A stretch of 64,000 nucleotides of DNA, taken from assembly GCA_051294905.1 (NCBI GenBank), contig CM119386.1, positions 19,344,001-19,408,000 on the forward strand, in the 5' to 3' direction. The notes beneath the pieces are model-generated. The model saw only the letters and a list, made by a program, of their open reading frames with translations. It was not told the DNA's origin and did not search any database. This document shows, piece by piece, positions 27,382 to 40,700 of this stretch (position 1 is its first letter; every line of letters begins with the position of its first letter). Source of the stretch: Botryllus schlosseri (taxonomy: Eukaryota). The position numbers were made by a program, and so were the translations under genes.

Positions 27382-27827
27382 TAGGCTTACCATATTTTGG
27401 AAATCTAAAAAGAGGACACTTTTTCAGAAATTTGAGACTTGCAAAACCGGAGAAGAATTCTCAAAGACCGGTGAATTTTTCCCACTTTGTGATCGGTTGA
27501 CTAAAAAAAAGTCATCTTTTCCGCTCAGAGCTCAAAATACCGTTTTTCTTCCCGCATTGCTAGGTGGATGACTAAAAAAATATAAAAAAGGTCATCTTTC
27601 CGCCCAGAGCTAAAATAACCGTTTTTCACTCCGAAATACCCGCCGGTGCGTCAGTTCTGTGCTAATTTACGCCATATCACTCGCAATTTGCTCTAAATCT
27701 GACCTAAATTTTCAAAAAAGAGGACAAAATCTCAAAAAAGAGGACAAAAGGGCGTCCTCCGAGGACACTTTCAAAAAAGTCAAAAAAGAGGACAAATCCT
27801 CTTAAAAGAGGACGTATGGTAACCCTA
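27382..27827. mobile_element. hAT MITE, TAGGGTTACCATA family
   Basis: Homologous to 7114-7459; perfect TSD TTATACGA. Confidence 0.9.
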
Positions 27828-28099
27828 TTATACGAGCATTACTCACCATGACGTCATAAGAGTAAGAATGATGTGCAAATTTCAAATATGTACATTTTAT
27901 GTGACCGTAAGGAAAACATTTCCATTTCTACACGACGTAAAATATTATTTGTCTACTTCACTGGAACTTGTGACAATCGTGTGGTTCAAAGCAAATCCAT
28001 TTCGATTTACATGGTAATAATGTGTCGATTTTGAAGATTTCCCTGTTAAAATCTGACATGCAAATAACATTGCAGAAAATTTCCGTCGTTAGCACAAGA

Positions 28100-31000
28100 A
28101 TGACTCTGGAGCAATTGAATGAAAAGCCAATTAACTCTCCAATGATATCCAACACTCATCGATCCTTCAGAGGAACTAAATTACCAGTAAGTGACTTGGA
28201 TATGCGATGCGGTACTATATGCCGATTGTCCTTACGCGATTCGATTGGCTCATAGAGTGCTCAGAAATCTCGACAATTCAAAGAGACGTGGAAAGCTGCT
28301 GAAGGGATCGTACCTGAAATTCCAAAAGCCGGAGAGACGGTAGAGGTGACTAATAGAACTTAAGTCCGCTTTAGAACATAGGAAGAATCAAACGATTTTT
28401 TCAGCTGTGCAGCTAACCAAGAAACTATGTAAACTTACCCATTGTTTTGAAAAAAAATAAGGATTTAAATCGTTCTTTCCTCGTCAATACTGCTCTCTCT
28501 AGAAGATTTTTACTAACTACCGCAATCTATAGTTAATTGACTGTCAACTAACTACAGGTTTTAAGGAGTTATAGATACAGTACATAGTTGCGGATTTTGA
28601 AGAGTAACTAGTTCTAGTTCTAGCCTCCAGAAAACACGTGTCGTCGTTTGGCGTGAATAGTTCTGATCTGTTGTATGATGTTATTGCAGCCCTTAATATA
28701 TAGCAGCCCATCCAATTTCAAACTTGCACTGATATTCGTGTGGAAATGCGATCCTATTCTGATAAAATAAAAATTAAGAAATTGATTCGGAATTGCGTCT
28801 GTATAGTTAGTTAGTTGCGGATTTTTAATGGCCTTTAGTTCTAGTTTTAGTTCCAGTTGCTCATTTTGAAAATCCAGTTTGCTATAGCTTGTACTGCTCC
28901 CCAAGTGTCGATAGGTTTTTAGCTATATGAGTGCCGTTTTCATGAAATATTCTGAATTTATTTGCGTCCGTGGCACACAAGACCTTAACAGGTGACGAGT
29001 GCCACTGAAAACTTTTAATAATAATGATACTAATAATAGCTATCTAAACCTAAAGCATGCGAAAGCGCGACAAGTCATGACACGAGTCATCCAAACACTG
29101 CTATACGTACCACATTATTTTGCTTTAGAATACCGTCACCTCTACTTAAAGTTTTATTAATAATAATAAAAAGCACACTCTTCACATTTCAAACTTTACG
29201 CAGTAGAAAGTAGTTTATTACTAGATTCCCAGGAACGGGGCCGTAACAGCACTTCGTCAGCCCCCCCCCCCCAAAAAAAAAATAACTTTGGTCCTGGGCT
29301 TCGCGCGATTTACATCCTATTCATAATTATTTCCTACTATTTAGTCTGAATTTCATATGTAAAAATCCCTCATCCACAGTCGTAACCTTCCATGCCATCA
29401 AACCATCAGCCCACGCAGTTTCAAAGGTTCATCTGCTAAACATGACAGAAATCCTAAACGAGATTGACATAATTCGAATCACGAGTTTGATTTCAGATTG
29501 GCCACTCCAGTTGTAATTATTTCAGTGATGTGCTTATAAAAATGATTCACGCGTGTCTTAGGTAGATTCGTTCTATTTATGCGTAGAATTAGGGTATTTA
29601 TATTTTATCTACACATAGTAGAAGCGTGTTCGAAGCTAACATGGTTATGATGCTGTCAGCATTGTGTGTCCTGGAACTGAACCAAAAGTTGAATTAGTAA
29701 ACCTTTGAACAGATCTCTGCTCTGAGATTTAAATTTCAATCCTGTTCTAAGAATCGGAACAACCGACTTTCATCGCTATAGTTTTGACAAAATGGTTATT
29801 CAGGCCGACCAGCCTATGAAATCTCGCCACTGTTTCTGAGGCTTGTACGATATCATCAAACCAATATGTGGATTGTTGTAAATAAGCATGTATATTATCT
29901 CCATGTCCTCACTATAAAATCAAATACCAATATTGCGTTTTGGTTTATAGTCCCAATTTTATATAGTGCGGCCCGCGAATAGATTCAAATATTGAATGCG
30001 GCCCGCGAGCTCAAATGTTTGCCCACCCCTGGATATTATGCTATCAATTTATTGTCCTCTCTACTCCCGTAATTAGATTTACCGGTAGAGCTGAGTGAAG
30101 TGTCTTGAAAACGAGAGGGCCCGTAAATAATGATTAAACATCTTCGGGCGGGCGGACCTGTTGATATGACTTCGTTACATGATGTTATTTCGTGACTTCC
30201 AGTCTGCTATATTAAAAAATATAGAATCGCCCAAGTAGGCTTCTAAACTAAGAGACGCATACGATTTCAAATTGGTATTTCTTCACTGGCATAAAATTTT
30301 TCCCAGCCGGATGGTATTTGTCTTGTGAGGTTCAGATTGCAATGACAGGAACATTCGGCACCAGTCATTTAGGCGCCTATGGACATTGGACAATTAAACC
30401 TATATGCATTTTGTATAGCCTATATAACGAAGTCTTCGGTCTGCATAAGGCAGGGCTGGCCAACCTTTTCAGCCAACGGGCCACATTCGATCGTGGAATG
30501 ATTGTGCGGGCCACTAGCCGCGCAAAGCGCGAAAATTTTTTGAAGTTCATAAGTCAATAATATTGTCATTTGACTATATTGCGTGCCTGTTGTATATCGC
30601 TGGGCTAATTTTGCGAGGACTGCGCTATTCGGCGCTTGGACATACCGATATCGACAGATGCGACCAACATGCGTCAATCATTTCGGGCCTATGTTTCGTA
30701 GTCGACGGTCTTAGTGCGAGCGCAAACGCAATGTCGCATATGTTGAACGACACTTTGTCTCGTAATCGCGAATATAGTTAGACCCAATCTGATACATTAG
30801 GTGTTCTACCATTTTCACAAAAGGGCAACAATATTAAAAACAAGAAATCGAGTAACAAAATGTTGCGCCAAGCTTGTAGAAAATTTTTACCTTCGATAAA
30901 TCTACCGAAAATTATTCTGCTCTATTGTAGTGTACGAAGATATACCAATACGTGAAAGGCTGATGGATCTGTCAATGCGTCGGAACTGATATTTTAGTCA

Positions 31001-34000
31001 TCCCATCTCAAGTGTTGCGGCCAGACTAATGAAATTTTTGGTTGGCCTTGCAAGTTCAAAATCTGTGCAATCCATTTTTGATGATATTATAAATTTCGGA
31101 AATGACCTCGCGGGCCACTCAAAACCTTCTCGCGGGCCACATGTGGCCCGCGGGCCACGGGTTGGCCGGCCCTGGCATAAGGGCATAGACCTTTTCGGCC
31201 AAGCTTTTCGCGCTGCCGATCGTTCTGGCACACTTCTTGGAATCGCATGTTATATGGCCTAAAACTTGATTGTATGTCATGGTGGGTCGTGGCGCGGTAA
31301 TGGCCCAATACCCAATAATATGGAAAAAACGCTACTTGAATTCGCGCGAAAAAATTTTGAAAAAATTGCATAAATTTTCAAAAAATACTCTATGATTTAT
31401 GCCAATTCACGAAATAATTTTGGGCCCCCTTCGAGTTCGGCCCCCCCCAATTGCTTCTCAGGAACACTAAACCAGCGATACTATTATTATCATCATCTTC
31501 TCAAGACACGCTATGTACAATGCAGTAGACAATATATAATTGGTTGCTATCATTGACTGTCATCATTTGGGAGACGCCATATGAATAGTTTTCTGGCGCA
31601 TGTGCATCTTGAAACTTCGAAAGTTTTCTCGGGATATTGGAAAGAGAGATCGCCTCTTTACTATACTTTTAACGTTACGTGGAAACTTTCACAACGTTAA
31701 CTGTTCATCCCATTTAATTTGAAGTAGATTTGACAGACCTTGCAAACGCACTGTTTTTGCGGGAGTAACTAGTCTATACTTTGATGTTTTATAATTATGT
31801 GGGAATCATTGATATTCAATCCCATCTGCAAAGGTGTATATTCTGCTGGGTCTTGCGAAATCACAGTCTGAGTACAGAGTAAAGAAAATATAGTTGCAGT
31901 ATCATACAGCTATATGTATTCTAAATTGTTTTTGCTCGTGACCTATATAATGCAATCCCTATCTTTCTTAATGATTGTAATAATTGAGTAACAACCTCTG
32001 TTTACAGACTCGACTGTTTCCTTGCATACCTCGTAATGCACGGTTGACCGCAGACCGAGCAACCAAGATTACGAACGCAGTCATCAAACCAAGTGCAGAC
32101 AAGAAGCAGCCTCATCTAAAAGGTACTGGTATATTATAGATATGGAGATTATATACCTTCAGTACATTCAATCGGAATATCTTATGGTAACTCCGTTTTA
32201 CGGTTTTAGTGATGTACGATGACTATTTAGTTAGATCATGAGTGGGGAACCTTCTGAGAACTCATGACCGCATCAGTTGTATAGATTTAAAGTGATCATT
32301 GGTCAGTCTAATTCTACATAATGGAACGCAAAGCAGCACCCGAGTCCTTTTATATCGAACGGAAAGAACTTACCCTTGGCACATTAGGCCCACACAGGCG
32401 ATACGCACCACTGTCGTTGCCGTGTATGGAATATTTTAATTACTCTTATGGCCTGAATGATCCCTTTCTTTGGTGCGAAGCATACACGCTACTATATTCT
32501 CATTTTTCATTGTAAGGTTTCCTCGGTTATGTGTAGCGGAGCAACCCCCGTCTTAGGAACCCTGGTCTGGCAGTCTGTAGTCGCATAGGAGGCTAACTCC
32601 CTCAAACGACAGCAATACATCCCAGTGCCGGTTCCAAGCCGCGGTACACGCGATAAATGTTGTTATTTATTTCAAGTAGAGGCAATCGACTGGTTACATT
32701 ACGTTAGAAATATATAGTGCATGGTTTAATGTATGACAATTTGTGGGCGATGTCATTACGCTTGATGCGGTACAATGGAATGTAAGTCATCAATAAGTCT
32801 ATAATTTATTTCATTGGAAAATAGGCTGATTGTCATGACTATGTGTACGAAAGTTGACTTAATGCTATTACAGGATCCATGGGCGATATTATGCGAGGCC
32901 ATCCATTAGAAGAGGGACCTATATATCCGTTTCTACCTGTGAAAGACCTTGGTAGACCGGCGTTGAAGCCTTTATCCGGTGAGAATATTTATGAGTAGGA
33001 CGATTTTATTGACATGTCAAAAAAAGTCAAAATTTTGTCAATATTGTAGCGTTAGGTTAGAAAATGTCAAAGTTGTATACAAAGTCCAAAATTTTTTGCA
33101 ACCTGCATATCGTTTGTATCGAAGAATTTGCACTATCGGTGAACTTATCATTTGACATTTTACAGCTTGTAGACTACTTTATAGGCCTACCGTTGTAGAC
33201 GGTCCATTGTCTGATCATTGTGAATCAAAAACATTCAGATGAAACAGATAGGTTGACATGGTGTTATGCTCAACGTACCGCAATATCCTAAGTGAAGCAA
33301 GACTGCGTGGGCTTGCATGGCTCTTGAAGGGCATAATGAAAAATTGTGATGTAGACACCATTGGTAAAATGAAACAACACGGTGTGTCACCAGCAGTGTA
33401 CGCGGAACTTCAGTGTTGTCAGCCAACAACTGCTGCTGTTGGACTTCCTTTTCCATTCTTGGCAAGGACAGACACTTTCTACCCGAGAATGTAGGAAAGT
33501 ATCTTTCGTTGTACTACAACAAATTTTAATTATTTCTACCATCAAACGTGATGTAACTACTGGGATTATTGATACTGCCAGATTTCGTTAAAATGAAGTT
33601 TTCTCATGTAAAAATTTTTCAGTTTTTGAGTTAAAAAAGTTTTTTCAGGCCAAACTTTTTCGTAAGGACAGACAGTTCCAACCAGAAATGAAGATAAGTT
33701 TAGTGCAATTCTAACATTGTGTGGGAAAACACCTAATTGGCATACGTTTGGTAAAAGTTGGTCAAAATTAAGTTTTTAAAGTAAAAAAATGTCAAAATTT
33801 TGATTTTTTTCAGGTCAAAATCTTCCGTTTTTTAGAAAAAAAATCGCCCTATTTATGAGTATCGGCCTCTACACCTCTGTATGCTTATTTAGGCTACCAT
33901 ACTTGCGTATACGGGATCAGTGGTGTTTGGAGGCCCAATTTAATTTTTTTGTGATATTTACCCGAAGAAATGATTTTATTGTTCCGAATTGAACAATGGA

Positions 34001-34425
34001 AAATTTACCTATGAACGGTATATCTTTTAAATCATCATTATATAGTCTACTCTAATAGATCATTTACAATTGTAGTTTTTGACGCTGTATTATGTTATTT
34101 TCGGTCGCTCAATTGATCATAAGGACTCAGGTTCATTCGTCTGTGTTTATTTGTAGGCCGGTCAAATACTATGGAAGTTCCTATGTGGGACGGTGCGCCA
34201 CGCTCTCAAGCGACCACAACCCAAAAAGTTTATGGAAGAAAACGAAAATTTTCAAATTACATCGATCCGTCCGCAGAAGCGGTAGCACCTGACGTAGAAG
34301 TGCCAAGTTCCAAAGAACTGATGTTCAAAGAGTATACACAGTATCCGAAATATGCACCGCAGATGTTGGATGGGTATTATAATGACAGGAAGCCGAAGAG
34401 ATTAGTCCCTCTGCGGTTAAGATAA
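28100..34425 (+). CDS. Uncharacterised 4-exon gene, 186 aa, basic, family not recognised
   Basis: Exons 28100-28186, 28256-28345, 32008-32122, 34157-34425, all GT-AG with phases 0,0,1. The spliced ORF is MTLEQLNEKP...SAQKSRQFKETW...TRLFPCIPRN...GRSNTMEVPMWDGAPRSQATTTQKVYGRK...KPKRLVPLRLR*. Confidence 0.7.
30451..31174. mobile_element. hAT MITE, CAGGG(G/C)TGGCCAACC family, copy 2 (intronic)
   Basis: Perfect TSD GCATAAGG; homologous to 19642-20319. Confidence 0.9.
32996..33851 (+). mobile_element. Non-autonomous hAT deletion derivative with transposase C-terminal remnant (copy 2, intronic)
   Basis: TIRs TAGGACGATTTT / AAAATCGCCCTA; perfect TSD TTTATGAG. The remnant reads QPTTAAV...KDRHFLPENVGKYLSLYYNKF*. 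Confidence 0.9.
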
Positions 34426-34620
34426 TATCCTGGAAACCCTGAGCAGGCGTCTTGAATTACCATCGCCATAGCATCTGTGGTTTTTTATCCATTGCATATA
34501 TCATGCATTGCGCTTCCAAGCTTGGATAAATTGTCGGTATGCCATCTTTATGGTATTTAACTAAAACGATAGCAAATAATTGTATATTTCCCGTCCGATA
34601 ACACGGTTACTGTGTCTTTT

Positions 34621-34702
34621 TCATTCTCCTAGGCGCTTTGATAACTCTCTGCCCATGCTTTGCGTTAAGACATCTGCCATTTCGTAATGAAGATTTTGAA
34701 TC
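34621..34702 (-). CDS. CATSPER3: CatSper3 exon 9 (terminal)
   Basis: TTTTCAG| IQNLHYEMADVLTQSMGRELSKRLGE*. Confidence 0.8.
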
Positions 34703-37700
34703 CTGAAAATTCATACATGTTACTTTCAGAGCTACTTTTTGACTATCATGGCTCAAGTTTATCGTGGCCAGGTATAATATTATTTCATGAAAATAAAGGT
34801 TTACAGTCTTAATCACTCGAGCAGTTGGGATTTAAAATACTGATAAGTATAGGTATGTAAGTCCGAGTTATCACAAGTACATGAAATAGCTCCTATATCC
34901 CGTGGTCGGCCAGACGGTTCTATTACAAGAGTGAAATATTTTCAGTCAGTTCTGTAACAAAATTTCATTGATAGTAACCTGACTAAATATGAATTCGAAG
35001 ATCGCATCTATTTGTAGTGCCATTATAGTCATGATGCGTTATTCGCGAATACTCCTTGCAATTTGGAAAGTAGGCTGTAGCTACCCCGTCTGACTCCTAA
35101 ATGCGACTCCTTGATCAAATTAAAGTTTTGAAACTAGGCTACTTCTTGACTTTGCAGAACTTTCATTTTCTATTTCCACTTCGAGCAGTTTTGACATGTA
35201 TTGAAAATTGCTACTTCTACGTGTGCTTGAGTAGAAATTTACGCGGCCTTACTTCTACTTCTACTTGATTAGCAACCCTGACTACTTTGGCCACCACTCA
35301 GTATTATTACTGATTGGAATATAATGTATATAATATATCAATTACCGATGAGTGGTTCAGACGCAATTTCTCTTACGTTGAAGAGGAGATCATCAAATTT
35401 AGTGCAAACTAGTTCTGTTGACACGTGTCTAGGAGAGAAACCTAAAGAATGGCAATCAGTTTGCTCTATAGCGGAGAATTCGAGATTTATTCAGATTTTA
35501 GTAGTTCGCGCACGTCTTGATGGCTACGCAATTCCAAGGTTGTTGTTTGTGTTTTTGTGGTATTCGTGGTATTTGTAGACTGCTATGGTCATTTACACCA
35601 GGCCGATATTCTTCATTCTTTCCCGTAACTGCCGACTTTAGCACGGCCCACTTCTAGGCTTTTTGGAAGACACCGCTTTGGCGGATTAGGTGGCGAGGAG
35701 GAGCCTAGATAAACCTCCAATATTTTCGGTAGAGGACATTTACAAGGTGGCATAATCGATTTGCTGAAAGATAACGCTGCTATATTCAGTGAATACCAAC
35801 ACCGAACTACTCCTTTTTCACGCACAGTTGTTCTGTTGGAATTGACAACGTATCCATGTGAGTCCAAACACATACATTCAAAATCGAAAAGATCTGTTGC
35901 AATACTCATTATTGACAAAGATCTAATTCAAACGAGGGACGTATGCATATTGCTTACAGAAGCCTATATAGGCCTATTCATTGAGAGATGTGGTAATAGA
36001 TATCGATGAAGAGACATTACGTAGCATATTTCTTCTTGTTGTTGGGCAGCAGTATTGGCAATTCCCTAGAAACACTGTGATAGTAATATTAGGACCCATA
36101 TTAATAATTCTTCTAATATTTATGTTGCATTTTTTTAAAGACGCATACCATACACTGTCATTGTAAAAATATCCAGACAGGATTGATACAGACACGCCGA
36201 TAGGATGAAGTCGAAAGTCGTTATGTGAGTAGGCTACTGTTTATAATATACCAGTACTAACTACTGTTGAAGCACGCAGTCACAATGGACAATGATGCAT
36301 ACAAAGAATTCCAGATATCCCTAATTATAGCTGCATACCGAACTATCAACCAGACATGGGGTAATCGTGATTAGTAATCGTAATCGATTACGACGATTAC
36401 AGCATTTTCAAGTAATCGTAATCGCAATCGATTACATTCGAAAAAATTCCGAAGTAATCGTAATCGTAATCGACTACTTCCCATATCTAATCGATTTCTT
36501 TGCCCATGAACGATTACTTTTTATTCGCACAAGGACTATGACATGAACTGAACATTCGTCAACAAGGAGATATTATACCAGATTTATTGATAGCACAAAT
36601 GTCTGATTTTTAAATGCCACTGCTCATTCTTACGTCAGAAGTATTAGCTTTGCTCGTCATTGCGTAAGAAGTATCCACACTCCAAAGCCACACATATGAA
36701 ATAGGCATTCGATGTTCATCGTAGTGCGATTGTAAGAACACCTGTCATGCTATTCTGTATATCAGGTTATCAATGCACTCCAGACGCCACTTCCTTGCAG
36801 CAGGATAATAATCACCACTCTGCCTAGTTTCAAATAGTAACTTATAAGTACTGATGTCTGCATGGCTATGCTCAGTTAGACCGTTGTTGCTTAGCAGACA
36901 GTAGGCCCATGTACGTGCGTACTACGTACACTGGACAAAGATTTGAAATTTTGTACTCGTCAAACGAAAGAAAAATTACGATTTCCACAATGAATCTGCT
37001 GATATATATCATAAGCGAGCCGTTGTTCGCCGTTTCTCATAACGGCAGCTCGCAGTATCTGTATTAAGTGGAAGACAAAATTTCATGTACACCTTATCTT
37101 GTTCTCCTATGACTCTACCTGAAACGGTCTCCAATCGTAATTACCCAAGTCTTTTCTCAACATTTAGAGCTGCCGCCATATCCACCCGCTAATACACCAC
37201 GTTAGCTTGAGTTGTAGGTGTAGCTAGAATCAGGACCAAAACAGCAAGTCGCACCATAACTCCAAACGTTATTCATAGGTCCCATGCGGTATTCAATTTT
37301 CAGGTTGATGACTGGATTTCGTCAGAGTATTGGTATTCACAATATATTACTATTCATTTTTAATCCTCTCAACCTCCGATGGTCAGATTTACTGGTAGAG
37401 CTGGGGGCACGTAATTCATAATTTTAACATGTGATATGTTGGTATAATTGCTCTATTGTATATTGTTAATTCGTGACCTGCCATCTGTTATATAATCAAA
37501 ATATAGTGTAGTCACCCTAGCGTAGCAGACTAAACTTTCGTGAGACGCACACACACATTGTCATGTCTTCATTCCTCTGTGGGTGCCCCGGTGGCATTTG
37601 TATGGTGGGACTGAGATTGAAACGTCAGGACTATTCGTTACGTCCATCCAGCTCGGCTATTGACAATGGACGCATATTCAAAGCTTCGGCCTAGCCTAAA

Positions 37701-40700
37701 ACTAACTTTGGTAGTACACTTCGCGGAGTCGCATGTTGACCGAATTTCCATATATCTTTGGGTGGGGCGCCGAAATGCCTACTCCTATAACTTAGGCATG
37801 CTTTTATTCTTGAGGGAGAGACGAATGCATTTCAAAATCAAGTTATTTAGAGACAATAATTTGGAAAGCTCGAAGAACATTTTCAAGTTAATTACATCGC
37901 TCGAAAATATCCTATATAATTTATGTAACGAAATACTTTGGAGTTCCCTTCGAGCTCGCTCCCCACCAGCGTTTTAACCAAGTCACAAGGTTCCGAGTCA
38001 CAAGTCAATCTCAGTTTATAGTTTTGACTCGAGAAAAGTCGAGTAATTTTTAATTCACCAACGAGTCAAATCCGAGCCCAAATCAGCTAGTACGGGGCCG
38101 AGTCCAAGTCAATATATGTTCACTGTTCAGTTTTCAGTTCAATTCGGTTCAACCCACTTTTCAACTCTGCTGAATGATATAGATGGCTCGCATTCATAAT
38201 ATAGTAATTTTCCCCAGTGTTAACACTTTCTGGCCTTATTTTTCAAGTATCAGGACAGATAGACGAATTATCAATAATGTGTTGACTTTACTATTCTTCG
38301 AAGTTACAATGAAATGTCTGTCTTGGCCGCCCGAGTCTCGAGTCGTATGACTTGGTTTGAGTCATGCATAATGACTTGAGTACAAGTCAAGTCAATGCAA
38401 AAATTGACTCGAGTCAGCAAAATCGCGACTCGAGTCATTACAACCCTGCTCCCCACCCTATTAGTGAGTTGGGGGTGCGACAGTAACCGACCGGGCAAGA
38501 AATCAAATGGGTAGGTGCGATAAATTGTCATCTATAAAGTTGGACATTCGGTAGGCCTATATTATGACGTAACACGCAAATGATGTATCAACTATAAAGA
38601 AAGTTGTTATCTCATTACGCCTTTTCATCACAATCATTATATTTTCTACCAATATCTTCTAAGATTAGTTCTAAGAAGCAAAATAAATGTAATCGTGAGT
38701 AATCGTGATTACTTTTCGAATGTAATCGTAATCGTAATCGACTACTTCCTGATTTTGCTGTAATCGTAATCGTAATCGTAATCGCGTGATTCAGAAGTAA
38801 TCGTAATCGCAATCGATTACATTCATGAAGTAATCACCCCATGTCTGCTATCAACTACACAAGCCTGACCATCAGTGAATATGATTAATCATTTTATAAT
38901 GCGTCGTAGCTTATTACGACGGACTCGATTCCGTAATGTAGTGGTCTCGATTCCGTAGTGTAGGGGTCATCGCGTTCGCCTAACATGCAGAAAGGTCCCC
39001 GGTTCGAGCCCGGGCGGAAACACCCCCTATTGATTTTACCTGTATACCGTCTCATCCATATGGTCCAACGTTTCTAGATAAAGTTGTAACCATGTTGGAT
39101 CCGACACAGTGTCTTCCATAATCGCGTAATCGTCGTTTCTGAGAGTTTCTCGGAATGGTTTCACCATATCATAAAAATTTCCATAATCGTTTTCTTCCTG
39201 TTTTTCTTGTAGCTTTCTGTGAATTTATTTTGCTGTAGCCGTAATTCCGAATATAGAGATGCAGTTCTACATCAATTGATCGACATTCAACCAGTGTTGG
39301 GATCAAGTCACTACCTTCGAGTCACAAGTCATGTCGAGTTATTGCACAATGCCTCGAATCAGGTCAAGTCACTCGATTTTTCAAGGTGACTCGAGTCAAG
39401 TCAAGTCACTCGGTTTTTGAAGGTGACTCGAGTCAAGTCAAGTCACGAGTCAAGTCACAAAGTCATGTACGAAGTATAAGAGGCACAATGGAAGCCATTG
39501 CATTTTGCGAGATGATTGAAGTATACAGATTGAGTCGCTATTCATTCTGAATCGAGTAACATATATCTATAGTCAGTCAGACATTTTTGCAAAGTGACTC
39601 GTGTCAAGTCAAGTCATCTGAAAAAGTTGATTCGAGTCTGACTCGAGTCGTCCCGAACACTACATTTAACTAGAGAGCCAATTCGCTCTTTGCCGGTATC
39701 CGTTTCAAGTTAATTGTCACGCTATGAAATAGTAAAAAAGTTGGGCCTCTTAAAATATATATAAGCACTGCGTTGCCTGAACAAATGCTGAACAATAACA
39801 TCGCACCATCCACCATCGACATCATAGCAAAACTCTTATCCGAAAGGTAGGATATGATATATAGGATTATATCAGATTGAAACATTACCTGACACCCTCG
39901 TGTTGACTCAACAATATTGCCTCTTTCTTTCTAGCTAGTGTTGCCTCTTTTTCCGCGATAACCTGTTTCAAAGATGAACGAACACGAGTTGGTAATTAGC
40001 CTATAGCACTGCAAATGGCTGGTGTAAATATACCTGCTCGTGAAAGTTTTCGTTGGCTTCGTGAATATTCATAATATTTACTCCAATGAATATGTTAAAT
40101 ATTAGGAAATGTCCGATGATAATGAAAGGAATTGTATAGAGCCTCGAGAGCATGGTCGTTTTACTATCCATTTCAAGCTGTGCATCGAACCATCCGTCGA
40201 CCTTGAAATTACGTTTAAATATAAATTCTTTTCAAGTGGAAATACATTATTATTTCTCACCGTAACAAAGCTGAAAAGTGTGAGGAAGGCGACTCCCAAG
40301 TTACCCCAGTTGTCCTCATCTCCGCCTTCGTATCCGAACAAGTAGTAGCCGAAAATTGCAAACAGGAACATCAGGAATAGTAAGATAAGCATGACGTTTG
40401 TGAATGACTTCTTCATGGTGTCAAATAGAGCCGTAAGTAGAACCTATACGCCGTAAAAGCGATTATTTTATTCCTTTTCTTTTAAAAAAGGATTTAACAT
40501 CAAAATTGTCAGCGTCAGCTAGCGAGTGATAGTTTGTTCAAGTACCAACAATTTCTCATATCAATTCAATCCTAGTATCAATCTAGAATCTATATCAATG
40601 AACTTCTGGTATGTGGCTGGAACAGTCTGTCGTAAATAACGAACGCTCACGGAAGCATATGCCTACACTACATATAGCATGCCCGTAGACGGACATACCA

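Noticed and set aside
34607-34816. 69-aa minus ORF as the CatSper3 tail
   Set aside because: The true terminal exon uses a different frame from the acceptor at 34702, dictated by the phase-2 intron and by homology.
36351-36480. (GTAATC)n/GATTAC arrays as a CRISPR-like array
   Set aside because: There are no unique spacers; they are subterminal repeats inside TIR/TSD-bounded hAT elements in a eukaryotic context.
38615-38812. ORFs such as MRLRLLLNHAITITITIT (also 50567-50824, 47916-48176, 61677-61889)
   Set aside because: They are translations of the hexamer repeats of the transposon ends.
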